Of a DNA stretch of 64,000 nucleotides, positions 48,123 through 61,985 are shown piece after piece (position 1 is the stretch's first letter; each line of letters opens with the position of its first letter). The stretch is from Camelus ferus. Taxonomy: Eukaryota. Position numbers and translations under genes: made by a program. A model generated the notes under the pieces. The model searched no databases, was not told the DNA's origin, and saw nothing but the letters and a program-made list of their open reading frames with translations. The stretch is taken from NCBI RefSeq assembly GCF_009834535.1, contig NC_045697.1:7318001-7382000 (forward strand), given 5' to 3'.

Positions 48123-51100
48123 GGGCAACATTATCTTACCTTATGTGCAAAAGTAGATTTGCTGTCCTTTACCTGGTCTGACCACTATAGTTTACAGAAT
48201 CTGGACCTGAAATTTTACTTTCGTATCATTCAGCCCAGGTGCAGATGTCTATGACATATCTAGGGTTTTGTGAACACAATGACAGAGATCAATTGAGAAA
48301 GCCGTAACTATAGACTGAGAATTTTATCCTGTGCATTTAACCTGAGCATCATCACAGGCACCACATTTTATGCAGTATAATCGTGGAATTCTGACATTAA
48401 CTTGTATTTTTTTTCTTCCTTAGCTCAGTGTGGCTTTGAGAGTTGCATTTTCTCTGCACTGACAAAACATTTCTCCTTTCATCATTCCAGATCTGTTTAT
48501 TTATTTCCATGTGCTCTGGGCTTCTCTGGGCTTGAGACGGTCCCCCGTTTATTGCAGGGCTCTTCATCATACTGGTTACAGGAAGCAGCCCATTTCTGCT
48601 TATTTGGTTATTACAGTTCATTTTACAAAAGCATGCTTTGTCAGCTGCTCGTCTGCAGCGTTAGTCCACCAATACGCTCTTTGCTGATTGCTCGATACAC
48701 TGAAGTTGTCAGCCCTCCCTGTGTGTCCCTTGCTCACTCCCTGGGCTTCGATCCTCTTCGGGGATGAGAGTGAGGAGCAAGGGCTGCTCTTTTTGATTGG
48801 ACATCTACTTGCCAAATTGAGTTTAAGTTGAAAGCAGATTGCCTTTTGCTTAGAGACACAGGCACCGTAGCACGATGTAACACTCTCCAACACTCATTCT
48901 GGCTAACGCAGACCAGGCTTTTACTCAGAATCCGGCGAGATGTGGGCACAAAAGCCCCAACATTCATTACATGCTAACTGAACCAATCACAGACTTCTGA
49001 AGGACGCAGAAGACCAGTGAGCGGCAAGGGGGAGCTGCAGGTCGTCTTTAAGGAAGATGTTTTTAAAAAGCTGATTTTCCAAAGACTGCAAAGGTGCAGA
49101 GCTTCAGAAAACATGGGGAAAATCCCCACAGTGTTTTTTCCGTCCTCAAAAGTTGATGATTCTCTGCAAAGTCAAATATTTAGGGTTTTCTTATGAATAG
49201 GATGGTGGTGGAGAGGCAATGATTTTAACACAGATTATACCTGAGCTCCGTAGACTTAGATAATGGAAAGAAAGCTGTTTTGTATGTTTTCTCTGGGCCG
49301 TTTTTTCTCCTGCTTTCTGTCCTTAATTTAACCTGGCAGCACTCTGTGAAGGTGTGGTAGGTGATAAAGCGTGAGAGTCTGTTTCGGCTGGCTTGCCAAG
49401 TGATTTGAAAGCCTTCTTAAGGATTTTGAATACCACTTGAAGGGTAACTGGTAGACACTGACAGGTTTTAGGCAGTAAATTGCTTTGTCAAATTTACAAT
49501 TTAAAAGCTACCTCTGGCTACAGTGCAGTGGATGGGTTGGAGTTAGCTGAAACAAAAAGCAAGAAGATTCTGGAACCTGCTGCCACTGTCTCTAAGAACC
49601 ATAATAACTGAACTGGGACACATGGACCCTGTGAAGAGTGTGGAGAGGGAGACCGGGTTCTAGGAAAACCTTCTTCACTGTAGCTTTTGAGTACCTCTCT
49701 TGGTCTGGCCTCTGATTAGTATGTGTGCCTCCGTCCAACCCCTTACCCTCTGAAGCCCTAACAGCCCAAGGTAGGGAGGGGTATAGAAAAAAACAAAATC
49801 ATGTTGAGTCTTTGCTTGGCCAGGGGAACTCAGTTCATATATTTGCTGCCTCTCACCTTCAGATTACTAATAAGACTCAGAACATGTAAGGGAAACACGC
49901 AAGCACACGCCCTCTTAGCACTCAAGTCCACTTTCATTGTGAGTTAATTATGGAACCTGCCGGCAGGATGGTTGGAGCCAAGGCTGGGGGCACTGGCTTC
50001 TCCTGCCAATTCCTAGGTTTGACTGTTCTTCTAGGATGCTGCACCTCCTTTTCCCTAACGGTCATTGGAAGTCTGTGACAGAATAGGATGAGGGCAGGGC
50101 AGGAACTGAGTCACTTTTCTGATGAAGGCTAAAGCATCTGTTGGAATTTATAGACCTGCATAGTTGTTAGAGGTAGGGGTGAGCTGTGGAATCAAGGGTG
50201 GCAAGTGCCTGTTGATTCTGAATAATGACTGGGAGGCTCACCTCACAGAATGCTACTTCAAAGACAGCCAAGAGCTTCTGGTTTCTAAACCCCACGGTCT
50301 TGCGTAATGCACATATTTGCTTCACGTGTTTCAACTGCGCATGCTGCCACATAATGACACTATAATATGGATGATGCTGGTAATAATGGTAATGAAAGGG
50401 GGAGGGAGGTGGAATTTGAGAAGAGTGCAGGTAATCTCTCCCCCCATTGCTCTGCTCCTCTGAATACTTCCTTGAATTCACAGAACATGGGAGACAGAAT
50501 GTGCCGTTGCCTCAACTGAGACTGAGTCTGATTCTTACATTAAATATTCATATTTTTCCTACCTCATGTTCCATAGAAGCAAGTCAACAATGTCTTCTGT
50601 GCTCAAGAGAAGAAGAAGCAATCTGTTCACTGGAGGGAAATCTGGGATGTGTTAGATGAATGAGAAATAATAGTGCTAGTCTTTAACTTTGGACTTTCCC
50701 AAAGAATTTTTGGAGGATGATTTGGACTTAATTTAAATTTAAGCGTTGAGTTCAGACCTGACTTTTATTAAGACCAGATTAACAGCCTGCTTCAGACTTT
50801 TGGGATGCCCTTCCAGTCCAGTACTACAATGGGTGGTCATGAACTCTAATTAAAGCAGACAATATTATTTCCAGTTTGCAGATGAGAATAGCAAGATTCA
50901 GGGAAGTAGGGAATTATCAAGCGATTAATCATTGTCAAAACTAGGATCATGACTAAGATCTCACAGAAGTATTTTGCACTCCCCGTTTGGTGGTCTGCTC
51001 TAGGATTGTGCTCTGGTCCTGGAGGTTTTATCCTCCACTTGAATGGGTTCTGCTTGGGTTCCTGTCTTCCAGGGGCACATTATTCCCAGGAAAACCAGCC

Positions 51101-51629
51101 TACAAAGCCCCTGAACGCTGACTCTTACGTAAATGTCTATTGAATAGTTCTCCCACAGAAAGCTAAAGCCCCGCTTCAGAAAACAGTTCCATGAAGTCAG
51201 AGCAGCAAGGCTTATAAAAAGGAAGAGCTAAGCAGCCAGGATGGTAGTCTGGTCCCAGTTCTGTCTCTGGTTAGCTTATGTGATCCTAAGGAATTCCTCT
51301 GCTTCAGTGTTCCCCTTGCTATATGGGGAAATGAAATCTCCATGGCCTAGAAGACAAATGGGTGTGAAACCTGAATGAGAAAGCACACCTGAGCATGTTT
51401 CTTAAGTGTGAGGTGTTGTAAAGGGTAAGATCTAGACATGAGTAAGGGGCAAGCCACACAGGGTCTCCTCTTTCCCATCCGGGCAGAGTTTTTCCACCCA
51501 TGGAGGGTGACTCTCACTTCTCCACTTCTTTCCTCAGAGTTCCATGCCCCAGCATCAGAAAGAAGCCACAGGTGGGCCCCTATTGACCCTCAGAACTCAC
51601 TTACGGAAATTACTTACCCCAACTTAGAA

Positions 51630-51900
51630 CCCTGTCATTCATTCACTCATTCGTTCATTCCTCCATCCATCATATATTTAGAGAAACTGGGGATATGCAA
51701 TTGGAAAACAAGGGCTCTCCCTCACAGGATGTGGTCCAGTGGGAAAAGTCTGCCTGTAAATAAGCTACTTCAGAAGAGTTTAATATGTGTGTCTGTGGGT
51801 GGGTGCAGACACTGCAGTACAGACTTTCATGAGATGATGGGACAGAGCCAACCAAAATGGCAGGAGTTTCCTGAGAAGGCCACCCTTCTACAGAATCTGC
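51630..51900 (-). mobile_element. L2 fragment
   Basis: TCATTCATTCACTCATTCGTTCATTC terminal motif followed by L2-like sequence. Confidence 0.55.
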
Positions 51901-52382
51901 TGGAGAAACGGATTAGTCCAGACAGCAGAGGGAAATTACTCCCAGGAGAACACACCCCTCCTGCCTCTGGAGGAGCAGTGGCCGTGCCTCGGCAGCAGGT
52001 AGGAGTTTTCCGCGCACTGTGACCTTGCATTCTCACAGGCGCTCCAGGATGTAGCATTGTATCCACTGTTCACAGGATACTGAGCCAGACGTGCATTCTG
52101 GCAAAGTGGCTTTACTGGATCACTCAGCTGGTGAACGGCCAGGATTTATCGCCAGGTTTTTCTGAAGTTGAAGGCCATGTCATTAACCACTACAATTCAA
52201 AGCCTCCACGTGAAGGGGGCCTCCGACAGTGTCCTGTTTAGAATTCCCACAGTTAAAAAGTGGGTAAGCTGCAAATCATACTGAGTTCTATCTGGTCCCA
52301 GACCTTGTGCCCTTAACCCTCCACTGTTCTGGAAATAGATGTGTGAATGCCAAAGCTGAAGAGTGATCCCTTTGGAGATCAT

Positions 52383-52853
52383 TCTGTTAGTTTGTTAGGG
52401 TTGTCATAACTAAGTACCACCAACCTGGTGGCTTCAACAACAGAAATGCACCATCTCACAGTTCTTGAAGTCAGAAGTCTGGCATCAAGGTGGCAGCAGG
52501 GTTGGTTCCTTTGGAGAGCTAGGAGAAAGGAGCTTTCTGGGCATCTCTCCTAGCTCCCGGTGCTTTGCTGGCCATCTTTGGCATTCCTAGGCTGCAGGGC
52601 ACCACCTGATCTCTGCCTTCATCTTCACAAGGCGTCCTCCCAGTGTGTGTGTCTGTGTGTCCAAATCTCTCCTTTTTAATACTTTGAAGGACACCGATCA
52701 TGTTGGATGTGGAGCCCACCTTACTCCAGTATCAGCTCATTTTGGCTAATAGCATCTATAATGACCCTATTTCCAAATACAGTCATATTCTGAGATACTA
52801 GCAGGTAGCCCCTCAACATGTGAATTTTGTAGGGACACGATTCAACCCACAAT
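52383..52853 (-). mobile_element. MLT1C-like MaLR LTR
   Basis: TAGGGTTGTCATAACTAAGTACCAC...ACAGAAAT...TCTCACAGTTCT...GACCCTATTTCCAAATA...GGGACACGATTCAACCCACAATA. Confidence 0.9.
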
Positions 52854-54329
52854 AGTCTTCCAGCACTGCTGAGGCTCCCGATACTAGCGGAGAAGTTGCA
52901 GGAAATGTGTTTAGAGAGATAGACAAGGGAGAATGATGGAGAGCTTATTCTCAACTTGCTAAGGAGTCTGTTCCCTTTGAAGAGAGAAGCTGCCAGCCAC
53001 AGACAGCTCTGTTGCTGCTGCTTCTGCTGTAGTAAGGGTGCTGCCTTTAAGCTGAAGAACAGCCTTGTTTGTGCCTCCATGAGGACACAAGCAGGAGAAC
53101 TTGACTGACAGCGATTATGAGGAATTGACTAAGCAAGGATCTGGCTGCAGCATCCTCTCCCTCCGCATCGAGGATGCTCAGGGGGGCACTGCTCCAGGAA
53201 CCTGCTCACCAGGCCCAGCCCTGAATCATTCATTAGCAGGTGTCTCCGCCCCAGCTTGCAAAACACAAGTGTCTTGAGTGAGCGAGAACTCCCTGCCAAG
53301 AAGTGGTGTGGAGGCTCCAGGAAAGCGCCTGTGACACAGGCATGGATCAGGTTCAGGCTTGGGGGCAAACAGAATTCATGAGCTTCAGTTGGAATGACAC
53401 CGCGGGTTTCCCTTGTCAGGACAGCACCCCGCATTACCCATCAGCGTCTGCCTCCCGCAGAAGGTCTCGCTTCCAAGCTGGACTGTGGTCCCTACCATCA
53501 TCTTCCCAGCAGCCTCACAGCTCTCTTTTGCAGATGGTTACATACTGGGGCTAATTTTAGGTATTACCAACCTGGAGTTTATTTTGAGTCTCAGACGTGC
53601 ACATTTAGGTCTGCAGAAAAGCGCAACCTGCAGGGCTGTGTACTGTGTATGTGTGTGTGAAACTCATCAGCCCTCTTTAATAACTCTGAATATGAGGTTT
53701 TTTCCAGAATGTTTTCAATGGATTCCTAATTTTGTACCAGAAATCAAATGGAAATTTAAACCAAAAGAATGTACAGATAAACAGCCAAACTTGCCTCCTT
53801 TTCACCCCGTTTCTTCTGCTGGTGACTGTTCAATTGTGATTTTTTTTAATACTACCTTTTTTTCTTTTCATTTTCTTTCTTTTTTTTTTTTTTTTTGGCC
53901 AGACTTCAACTTCTGAAGCTTTATTTTTAGTCATCATAAGGGACAGCATTGATTGAGCATGCTATGTTCTAATCTGGGTAGCAATTCTGCAGGTTAGCTC
54001 AATTTCAGAGAAATTAGTAAACTGGCTCATAGAAGTGACTTATTTTGCCCACTTCACAGGGGGGTGGCAGGGCAGATATCAGTGCTGTATCCTTGGGGGG
54101 CTCCATGGTCATACACAGTCTGTTTTAAGGTCCTCCCTGACGGAGGCTCGTGAATGACCCTGTTGTGCAGAGTTGAAGTAAACATATGGAATCTTCAGGA
54201 CAACCAGCGAGGTTCAAATAGACTCCTCAGCCCCCATGGACCAAAATTTGTCAGGGAGCACCCTGGAAAGGGGAGTTTTCTGCACACACTCCCTAAGATG
54301 GTGGTGGCTGTAAGGCTGTGAAATACTGA

Positions 54330-54530
54330 CATAGCGGAATGATCGGTAGACTTGAAGTTGGAAAGCCCGGATGTTAGCTGTGGCTGTGTCATTGGTTGCG
54401 TGTTTTTAAGCATGAGTGTTAATCTCTGGGTCTCATGTCTGCTGTTGTAAAATGAGAACAAAAACTGTTCCGTTGTGAGGATAACATGAGATCAAATTTC
54501 TGAAAGTATTTTACAACCTATGATCAAATA
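54330..54530 (+). mobile_element. MIR fragment
   Basis: TTAATCTCTGGGTCTC...TGTAAAATGAGAACAAAA...GTTGTGAGGATAACATGAGAT. Confidence 0.55.
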
Positions 54531-55183
54531 CACATGACAGTTATTCGTATTTCTGAGAAGTCAGACCTGGAGTGAACTCTTGCTTTTTGGATCACGTATT
54601 CCTCACCGCCCCCAACCTCCGCCATAAGTTCTGCCATTTCCAGGAAGCGTTCAAAAAGAGGAAAAATCTTGGCTTAAAAGTGGATTAAGAATAACAGCTA
54701 TGGACGGCTTGATTCTGGATTCAAAAGTAATTTATTTGTTTTGGTTCCGTAATTTATATCCTTACTATTTCCCTCAGTGCTTTAGCAACGAGTTTATCAC
54801 ACTCAGAATCAATCCACATGCACTTTGAGTAGATTTCAAATATCCATCAAAACAAATAGAACCAAGTCAACAATTTTTTTTTTTCCTAATGCTGCTGCCT
54901 ACCATAGCATCATTCACTGTAGTCACATTTAACCTTCAAACTTCAGGCCCAGGGGCTCGTGATTCCTGAGTCAATCTTCGCAAAGCCTGGAGTTACAGCA
55001 GGATCCTGGCTAGGCTGTTTCAAATTATCTGTCCTAAATCAAGAGATGTGGTGCTAATTTTCACGAGTATGGCTTCAAATACCCAGAAAGAGTCCTACCT
55101 CCCTGAGTCCATCTCCTCGCACCCCTCCAAATGAACTTGATCTCTCCTTTGGGTTTCTTGATTTGCCTTTCTCTTTTCCCCCC

Positions 55184-55882
55184 TATTTATTGAGATACAA
55201 TTTACATACAACATTATATTAGTTTAAGATGTACAACCTAATGATTGGCCTGTCTATCTATCTCTGTAATGAAACGGTTACTACAGCAAGTTCAGTTAAC
55301 ATCCATCACCTCAATATTTACAATTTATTTTCTTTTGTATTGAGAAGTTTTAAGGCCGACTCTCTTAGCAACTTTCAAATGCACAATACAGTATTGTTAA
55401 CTACAGTCACCATGCTATACACAACATCTCCAGAACTTACTTATCTTATAACTGGAAATTTGTAACTTTTGACCACCTTTGCTCATTTCTCCATCCCCCT
55501 ACCTCTGGCAACCACCAGCCTTTTCTGTATTTCTAGGTGAGTTTGTTTCTTCCTAGATTCCACATATAAATGACGTCATATAGCACTTGTCTTTCTCTAT
55601 TTCTTTCACTTAGTGTCATGACCTCACAGTCCATCCATAGTGTTGAAAATGGCAGTATTTCCTTCTTTTTTGGCTAAATAATATTCCATTATCTCTATAT
55701 GCCACATGTACTTTATCCATTCATTCACTGATGAACAACTAGGTTGTTTCCACGTCCTGGCTACTGTAAATAATGTTGCTATGAACATGGGGGGCCACTA
55801 CCTCTTCAAGATAGGGATTTTGTTTCCTTCAGACAAATACCCAGAAGTGGATTTGCTGGATCGTATGCTGGTTCTATTTTCA
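55184..55882 (-). mobile_element. L1MA9/10-like 3' end
   Basis: TTTATTGAGATACAATTTACATACAACATTATATTAG...CTCTCTTAGCAACTTTCAAAT...CTTTATCCATTCATTCACTGATGAACAACTAGGTTGTTTCCAC...TACCCAGAAGTGG. Confidence 0.9.
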
Positions 55883-56129
55883 GTCGTTCATGGTGGTTAG
55901 AATTTACCTTTCAAGTTTCGCCTGAGTATAATCTTGGCTGTGACTCGGACCTCTGATCTATGTCTCATATCCCCCCTTATCTGGGGCTCCATATCCCTTC
56001 CTGTAACCCTTGGCATACCCTTAGATAAGGAACCATTATCCAAATGGAATATGCTACTTTGAGCAGGAACCAGTCTTATCTTGATAACCACTTTCCGGGC
56101 ACTTTCCCTGATTTGAACCTTTTTAAGAT

Positions 56130-56700
56130 TCTTGACTGTTACTCTTCATTGGATCCCGCCTCCTCCCTTTGATTCGTGGATCTAGGTTCAGAAATGCTTC
56201 TGTTTTCTGTGTCATCACTATTTTTCCTCTCCCCTGGACCATCCATATCAACACAGGTGCATGCGGTAACTATCAGAAAACAAGACAAAATCTTTGATAG
56301 GACTTCTGGCCACCATCTCATTTCACTGTGATTGTTTACAGTAAAACTCTTGAAAAATGTTGTCTTTACCCACTCCCCATTTTTACTTCTCCTTTTTTCT
56401 TTTCTTGAACCCACTCTTGACCTATCATGTCATGAAACTATTCTTGTCAATCTCTACCCAATGACCTCCCTACTGCTAAGTCCATCCGTGAATACTCAGG
56501 TCTCTCCTCACATGCCCTATCAGTGGCACGATACAAGGGTCTACCTCACCTTGGACTGTTTTCTTCTTCATTTGGCTTTCTGGAGTCCACTCTGTTACTT
56601 CTCCTCCTCACTCTTCCCTGCTAGTTCTTTTGCACCCTTCCCATCTCTAAACACTTGGAGGGTTAGACCTGGTACCTCTATCTCTCTGCTTCTCTCCCTT
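56130..56700 (+). mobile_element. L2 fragment
   Basis: Pyrimidine-rich, e.g. AAAACTCTTGAAAAATGTTGTCTTTACCCACT...TGAAACTATTCTTGTCAA...CAATGACCTCC. Confidence 0.65.
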
Positions 56701-56774
56701 GTCTCTCTGCCTCCAAGTCAGATTTATTGTGCTGTAATTTGGAAGAAGTCAGCCTCTTCCTTTTCTGGTGTTTG

Positions 56775-58128
56775 GTTCTGTGAAATTTGACAAACACAGA
56801 TGTGCATGTGATCGCCACCACAGTTGAGATTAGAACGTTCCTCTCACCTGGAAGTTTCCCTAACCCCTTTGCAGTCTTCATCTTCTTCATCTCTCCAAGC
56901 CCACAGGAGGAACAGATTCATCTTTTGTGTCAATGGCTTTCCCTTCTCCAGGATGTCATATAAACAGAATCACACAATATGTAGCTTTCTGAGTCTGGCT
57001 TCTCCTATTAGTATGATGAATCTGAGATGCAGCCACGTTGTTGCACGTATGTATTTTATTGCTAAGTCCTATTAGATTGTGTAGCTTTACCATAGTTTAT
57101 CTATTCACCATTTGAAAGTCATTCAGATTATTTCCCGCTTTTGGTAATTATGAATAAACATCCACATACAGATCTTTGTTTGACATATATTTTCATTTGT
57201 CCTGGGTAAATGCCTGTAAGTAGGATTACTGCGTCATATTGTAAGTGCACGTTTAACATTATAAGACACTGCCAAACGGATTTCCAAAGTCACTGTGAAA
57301 TTTTTCATTACTATCAGCCACAAATGACAGTTCAGCTTGTTCTATATTTTTGCCTGCACTGGGTATTGCCAATTTATTTCTTACTCTAATTGAGGTGTGG
57401 TGGTGACTTAAGGTTGCAAAGATTTTCTCTGATGTTTCTTTGAAAAGTTTCATAGCTTTAAGTTTTATATTTATGTTTATAATTAATTGAGCTTTTTTTT
57501 TCTATATAGTGTGAGTTATGGGAAGAGGATTTTTTTTCTCCTATTAGTTTCAATTTTAGTAGTAGAGCATTCAATCTTACACCATGAAGAATAATGTTAG
57601 CTGTAGGTTGCTTATAGGTGAACTTTATCAGATTGATAAAGCGGACTTTAATTTCTAGTTTGTTTGAATGTTTCAACATAAATGGAGTTTGAAGTATTCA
57701 ACATAAATGTTGACTTTGATGAAATGTTTTGTCTGCATCTTTTGAGACAATCACATTGTTTTTCTTATTTTCTTATTTAGTCTATTGATACAGTGAATCA
57801 CATTGATTGATTGTTAATTATTGAACTAAACTTAGATTTCTGAGGTATAACCATCCAGGTCATCATACATTATTCTTTTTATATATTGCTGGATTTGATT
57901 TCATAGCATTTGATTGAGAATTTTTCCATATAAGTATTAGGGATAAAGGTCTGTGATTTTTTTTTTTTTTTTTGATGTCTTTGTCTGGTTTGGGTTATAG
58001 GGTAACACTGAACTCATTGATCAAGTTGGGCATTGTTTATTATTTTATTTTCTGGAATACTCAGTATATAGTTGGTAACATTAATTCCTTAAATGTTTGG
58101 TAGATTTGCCAGTTAAGTCATCTGAAAA
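56775..58128 (-). mobile_element. Old L1M (L1MD/ME-like) 3' end plus ORF2 remnants
   Basis: TTTGACAAAC...CCACCACAG...CCAGGATGTCATATAAACAGAATCAC...GATTTTCTCTGATGTTTCTT...TTTGTCTGGTTTGGG...TTAAATGTTTGGTAGA. Confidence 0.85.
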
Positions 58129-61100
58129 ATGGGAATTAAAAAAAAAAGCAAATCTTACTTGCTATATAGCTCAAATAAACATAACTTCAGAATTGAAAAT
58201 TCTCATCATGACTGTCTTGATCTAGGTTTTTTGGCCAATCCTGAAATCAGTGCTGTGAGCTTGTGGATACACTCACTGGCTTAGGTGCAGGAAACATCTT
58301 TCTCCCAGTAACTGAGCCAGTCTCACTTAAAAGACTGAGACTGGGAAAAGAAATTTCCTTTGATGGAAAATAGGGCATACTTCCTTGAGGATGGGTGAGT
58401 GGATGCTGAATGGTACAAAGTTTCCATAAATTACCAACTACTTTTCTGCCAGAGCTGCAGAACTGGTGGCCAATGTGTGGAAGTCACAGAGATAAGCTTA
58501 TTCTTTTAAGTAGAAGAAAAACTTGATAGCAACGAGAATGATTCAAGGAAAGACTAGGTATTTTTAAAAAGTGGAGAGCTCTTTACCTCTAATGGCACTG
58601 ATATAACAGATTGATGGTTACCTTCAGAGGTACAATGGATTAAATCATAGAAAAAGCATATTTTCATTTCAACCAGATTCCATCACAAACCATAATTTCT
58701 AGATTCTGTCATTCAGAGATATCCCAGGTCAATATAAGATTACTCAGTAAAGGAACTGTCTGGTCAAGAACTGTTGTGAATATTCAGAAATGAGGCCATT
58801 TTAGAGTAAGGTAGGCAGAGAATGACATTGGAAATGAGACTCATTCTGGGTCTGGCAGTAGGTGTAGACTCTGGAAGTAGGAGCAAACAGTAGCAGAGGG
58901 AGGGAACACTAAACGTATAATGAAAAGTTGACCAAAATTGCTTGGTACTTAGCACAATGCCTGACAATTTGTAGATACCAAAAAATGAGCATCAACAACA
59001 TTAAGAATAATGATGTGACTGAATGAACATGTGTGTGGGGACCATAAATAAATGAATTTGGCTGAGGTTCAGAGGTTTGTATTAGAAGCAAATTATTGGG
59101 AGAAAAATATGTTAATGCTAAATTGGAGAAGTCCTTGAAAGGCATGCTAATTAATCTCTTTAAATGTTTCAGTTATCTGTGGGCAAGAAAAAGGAAGGTA
59201 AGTGCGTGGAAGTTTTATTGGTAAGGCAATATTTTGATGTTCATATATGTATCCCAAAATTTCTTAATACAGTATTTGTGTTCATTGATTAAAGTTTCTG
59301 ACTCCACTCTCCCCTCTGCAGTAGCATCCAAGGCATTTGAATGACTTTTTTTAAAATTTTAAAGTCTAAACATATTGGCAATCCACTTTTACTTTGAATT
59401 TTAGTTCTTGTCTATTCTCAGAATTATTTTTGAGATTTTGTTTGTTGCCATTTCTCTGACAGAAAAATGGAAAAAAATTCCCTGTGGTCACAGTATCTAA
59501 ATTTTCTTGTTAGTAGTAACTCAATTTTCTTCCAAGTTTCCTTGTCCTAAATTTCCTCCTTTAAATTTCCTTGTTAATATGAAACTCTATTCTTTGTGGG
59601 CTAGAATATATGTACTGTAATAATCCATTGAGTTATCTTGGTTTTAAGTTTTATCTTATTTTAACTTGGTTTAACTTTTATCTTGGTTATAAGTTTTTCT
59701 TATTTTTCTTACTGATGCCCATACACACCATTTTTATAGAAATTCTATGACAAAGAAATTCATCTTATATCATTTTATGAGCTTCTTTTTTTCAACATAT
59801 CTCTGAATTTTTAATAAGTTTTAAACAGGACATCTACAAAATTAAAATAGAATATTAAAAATATTTTGATAGGAAAACATTGGATTGGTAGTTAGACAAA
59901 TTGGGTTCTTGTACTTTGCTATGGACTGGCTGGATGACTTTGGTCAAATCTCTATTTCTGTGCGCAATTCAGTTGTCTCTTTTGCAACATGAGAAGATGG
60001 GTTTAAAAAAAATAGCATCAAGAACTTATTTTTTTACTCAATGCGTCTCATGGTATTTACTGTGATAGAGTCATAAAGTGTTAAAAAGATTTGTGGTTAA
60101 GATATTGCAATTAACTTTGGACACATTGAATTTTGTGTGACCACTATAGGTTTTTAGAAGTGCCTTCCAAAACCTTAGGAGGTGGGTCTTGGGAGAACAC
60201 ACAAAGAAAGAACAGAACATCTTAAATCTCACTCCAATGATATTTATCTAAGTGTTAGTGTCAAAGAGTTTGATGGGTACCTAACATTCTTCCCTTTATA
60301 AGTGACTTGGTCTTTTTATTCAGATGCCAAAGTTTTTTTCCCACTTTTTTTTTTGTAGTCTTTGTGTTATGATATCTTAATATTGCTATAAAATGTTAAA
60401 TTTACCAGACATTTAGTATGCCTATTAAATATATATTTCCAACTGAATTTTTATTTTATTTCAAGAAACTTTCTTATAGTTTCAGAATTTATCATGTTTT
60501 ATCCTTTCATTTTTCTTCAGCCAAACTACTATTAAGTATTTGTTAGCTCTTCTTTGCTTATTTTCCATGGCTATCATGTTCTCCTCGAGTCTTATTTATC
60601 TCTAATGTTTTATATTTGGGTCTTAATTTCTTCTCATTTCTGTCTTCTATTTTCAAAGATACAATCTGTATTTTTAATGTTTTGTGTTTCTTCTATTTCA
60701 GTCCTTATTTATGAAATGACTTTTTAAAAAATGTTTATCTTATGGGTTGTAACCTCTTTTTTCACATCTTTCCTTCAGTCATATAATTTGTGAATTTTTT
60801 CTACTTTTGTCTCAATGGGTTCTTTCATAGCACCTATCATTTTCTCAATGTCTAAGTTTCTTTCAGAAATATTAATTTATAGTGTTTTTTTTTTAATCTC
60901 TTTCATAGACTTTTAATCTGGCAGGATTTCATTGTCTATAGATCTTATTCTGAACATAATACTGTTTTTTAATGCTACATATATAGCATTATATTTATAT
61001 TTATAAATAGCATTTCTATTCTCGTTTTGACGTGAAATGCCTTTTCCTGTACTTTTAGAGGATGGTGGTGAGGTAGGACAGTTTTTAATCTTCACTGATC

Positions 61101-61427
61101 TAGAACTTTCTTTTTTGTTGTTATTGATTTTGTTTTGATATGATAAAAAAATTATGGCTTCAAACTTTCTGATAACTACTCTTAAAATTTCCAGATATTT
61201 TCTTTTCCTTTTCCCTATTTTTGCCTGTTCTGCTCAGTTCATAGTTTCCCACAACAGTTAATTCTCAGTATGAGCCTTGGTCCTAGAACAGAGCTTTGGA
61301 TTGTTTGCTTAGAAAATTCATACATCACTGACCACTCAGTTCCCTTACATTGACACATAAACTTGAAGTCTATAGAAGCCACACCTGGTTTTGGTTGCAA
61401 CCCTCACACTTCCCAGTGAGTACCTTT

Positions 61428-61848
61428 GGTGGACTCAGTGAGGTGCTGACCAAATTTCCTTTCAGGAATGAAAGCCATATTCACCCATCTGCTGGGCGTA
61501 TTGCCAAAAGATGACCGTCAACTTGTTGTCCTCTGTAAGGATTGCTGAAGAGAAATCTGCTTCACCGAAAGTCCTACAGCCTAGGAGTTGTCCACAATTG
61601 ATGACTAATCAACATAGAAGTATAATAATATGCAGGCAGCACCATCGTGGGACAATGTGGGAAGTCCGTTCCAGCTCCAGAGTTCTCCAGATCTGCTGAA
61701 GTCATCTTTACAACTGCATCACAACAGCTGAACTTCTCCCCCTGCCCAGCAGTGCTTCTGTTTTCTCCCTTCCATGCGCACAGATCCAAAGAGCACTCCC
61801 TAATAAATGTCTGTGATGCACATTTTCCTGATGATGCAAATTGCAACA
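61428..61848 (+). mobile_element. LTR16-like ERVL LTR
   Basis: TTCAGGAATGAA...CCAGCTCCAGAGTTCTCC...ACTGCATCACA...TTCTCCCCCTGCCCA...GAGCACTCCCTAATAAA...GCAACA. TACCT occurs near both ends (61421-61425, 61850-61854) as a possible TSD. Confidence 0.8.
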
Positions 61849-61985
61849 TTACCTGTGGCCATTTTGCAGCTTTTCTGCTCTTGGGGCTTCCAGATGCCCC
61901 ATTTTTCTTCCTCTGCTTTCCTCCATACAGAACTTAGTGTTGTATCAGTCTCACAGCTATTGGTGGTTGTCTCTAACTTTATACA

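Noticed and set aside
51438..52022. 194-aa ORF
   Set aside because: Runs through L2-derived sequence (HSFTHSF from the CATT repeat), has no recognisable domain and no exon structure.
53149..53178. 9-bp inverted repeat AGCATCCTC/GAGGATGCT
   Set aside because: Several stems of this length are expected by chance in 64 kb.
53413..53916. 167-aa ORF
   Set aside because: No recognisable domain; includes TG-repeat and poly-T-derived residues; consistent with chance.
57672..57713. 13-bp direct repeat TTCAACATAAATG with an overlapping palindrome
   Set aside because: Small local duplication inside a decayed L1.
59633..59706. Degenerate ~29-bp direct repeat with 45-bp period
   Set aside because: Low-complexity T-rich slippage product in an old LINE.
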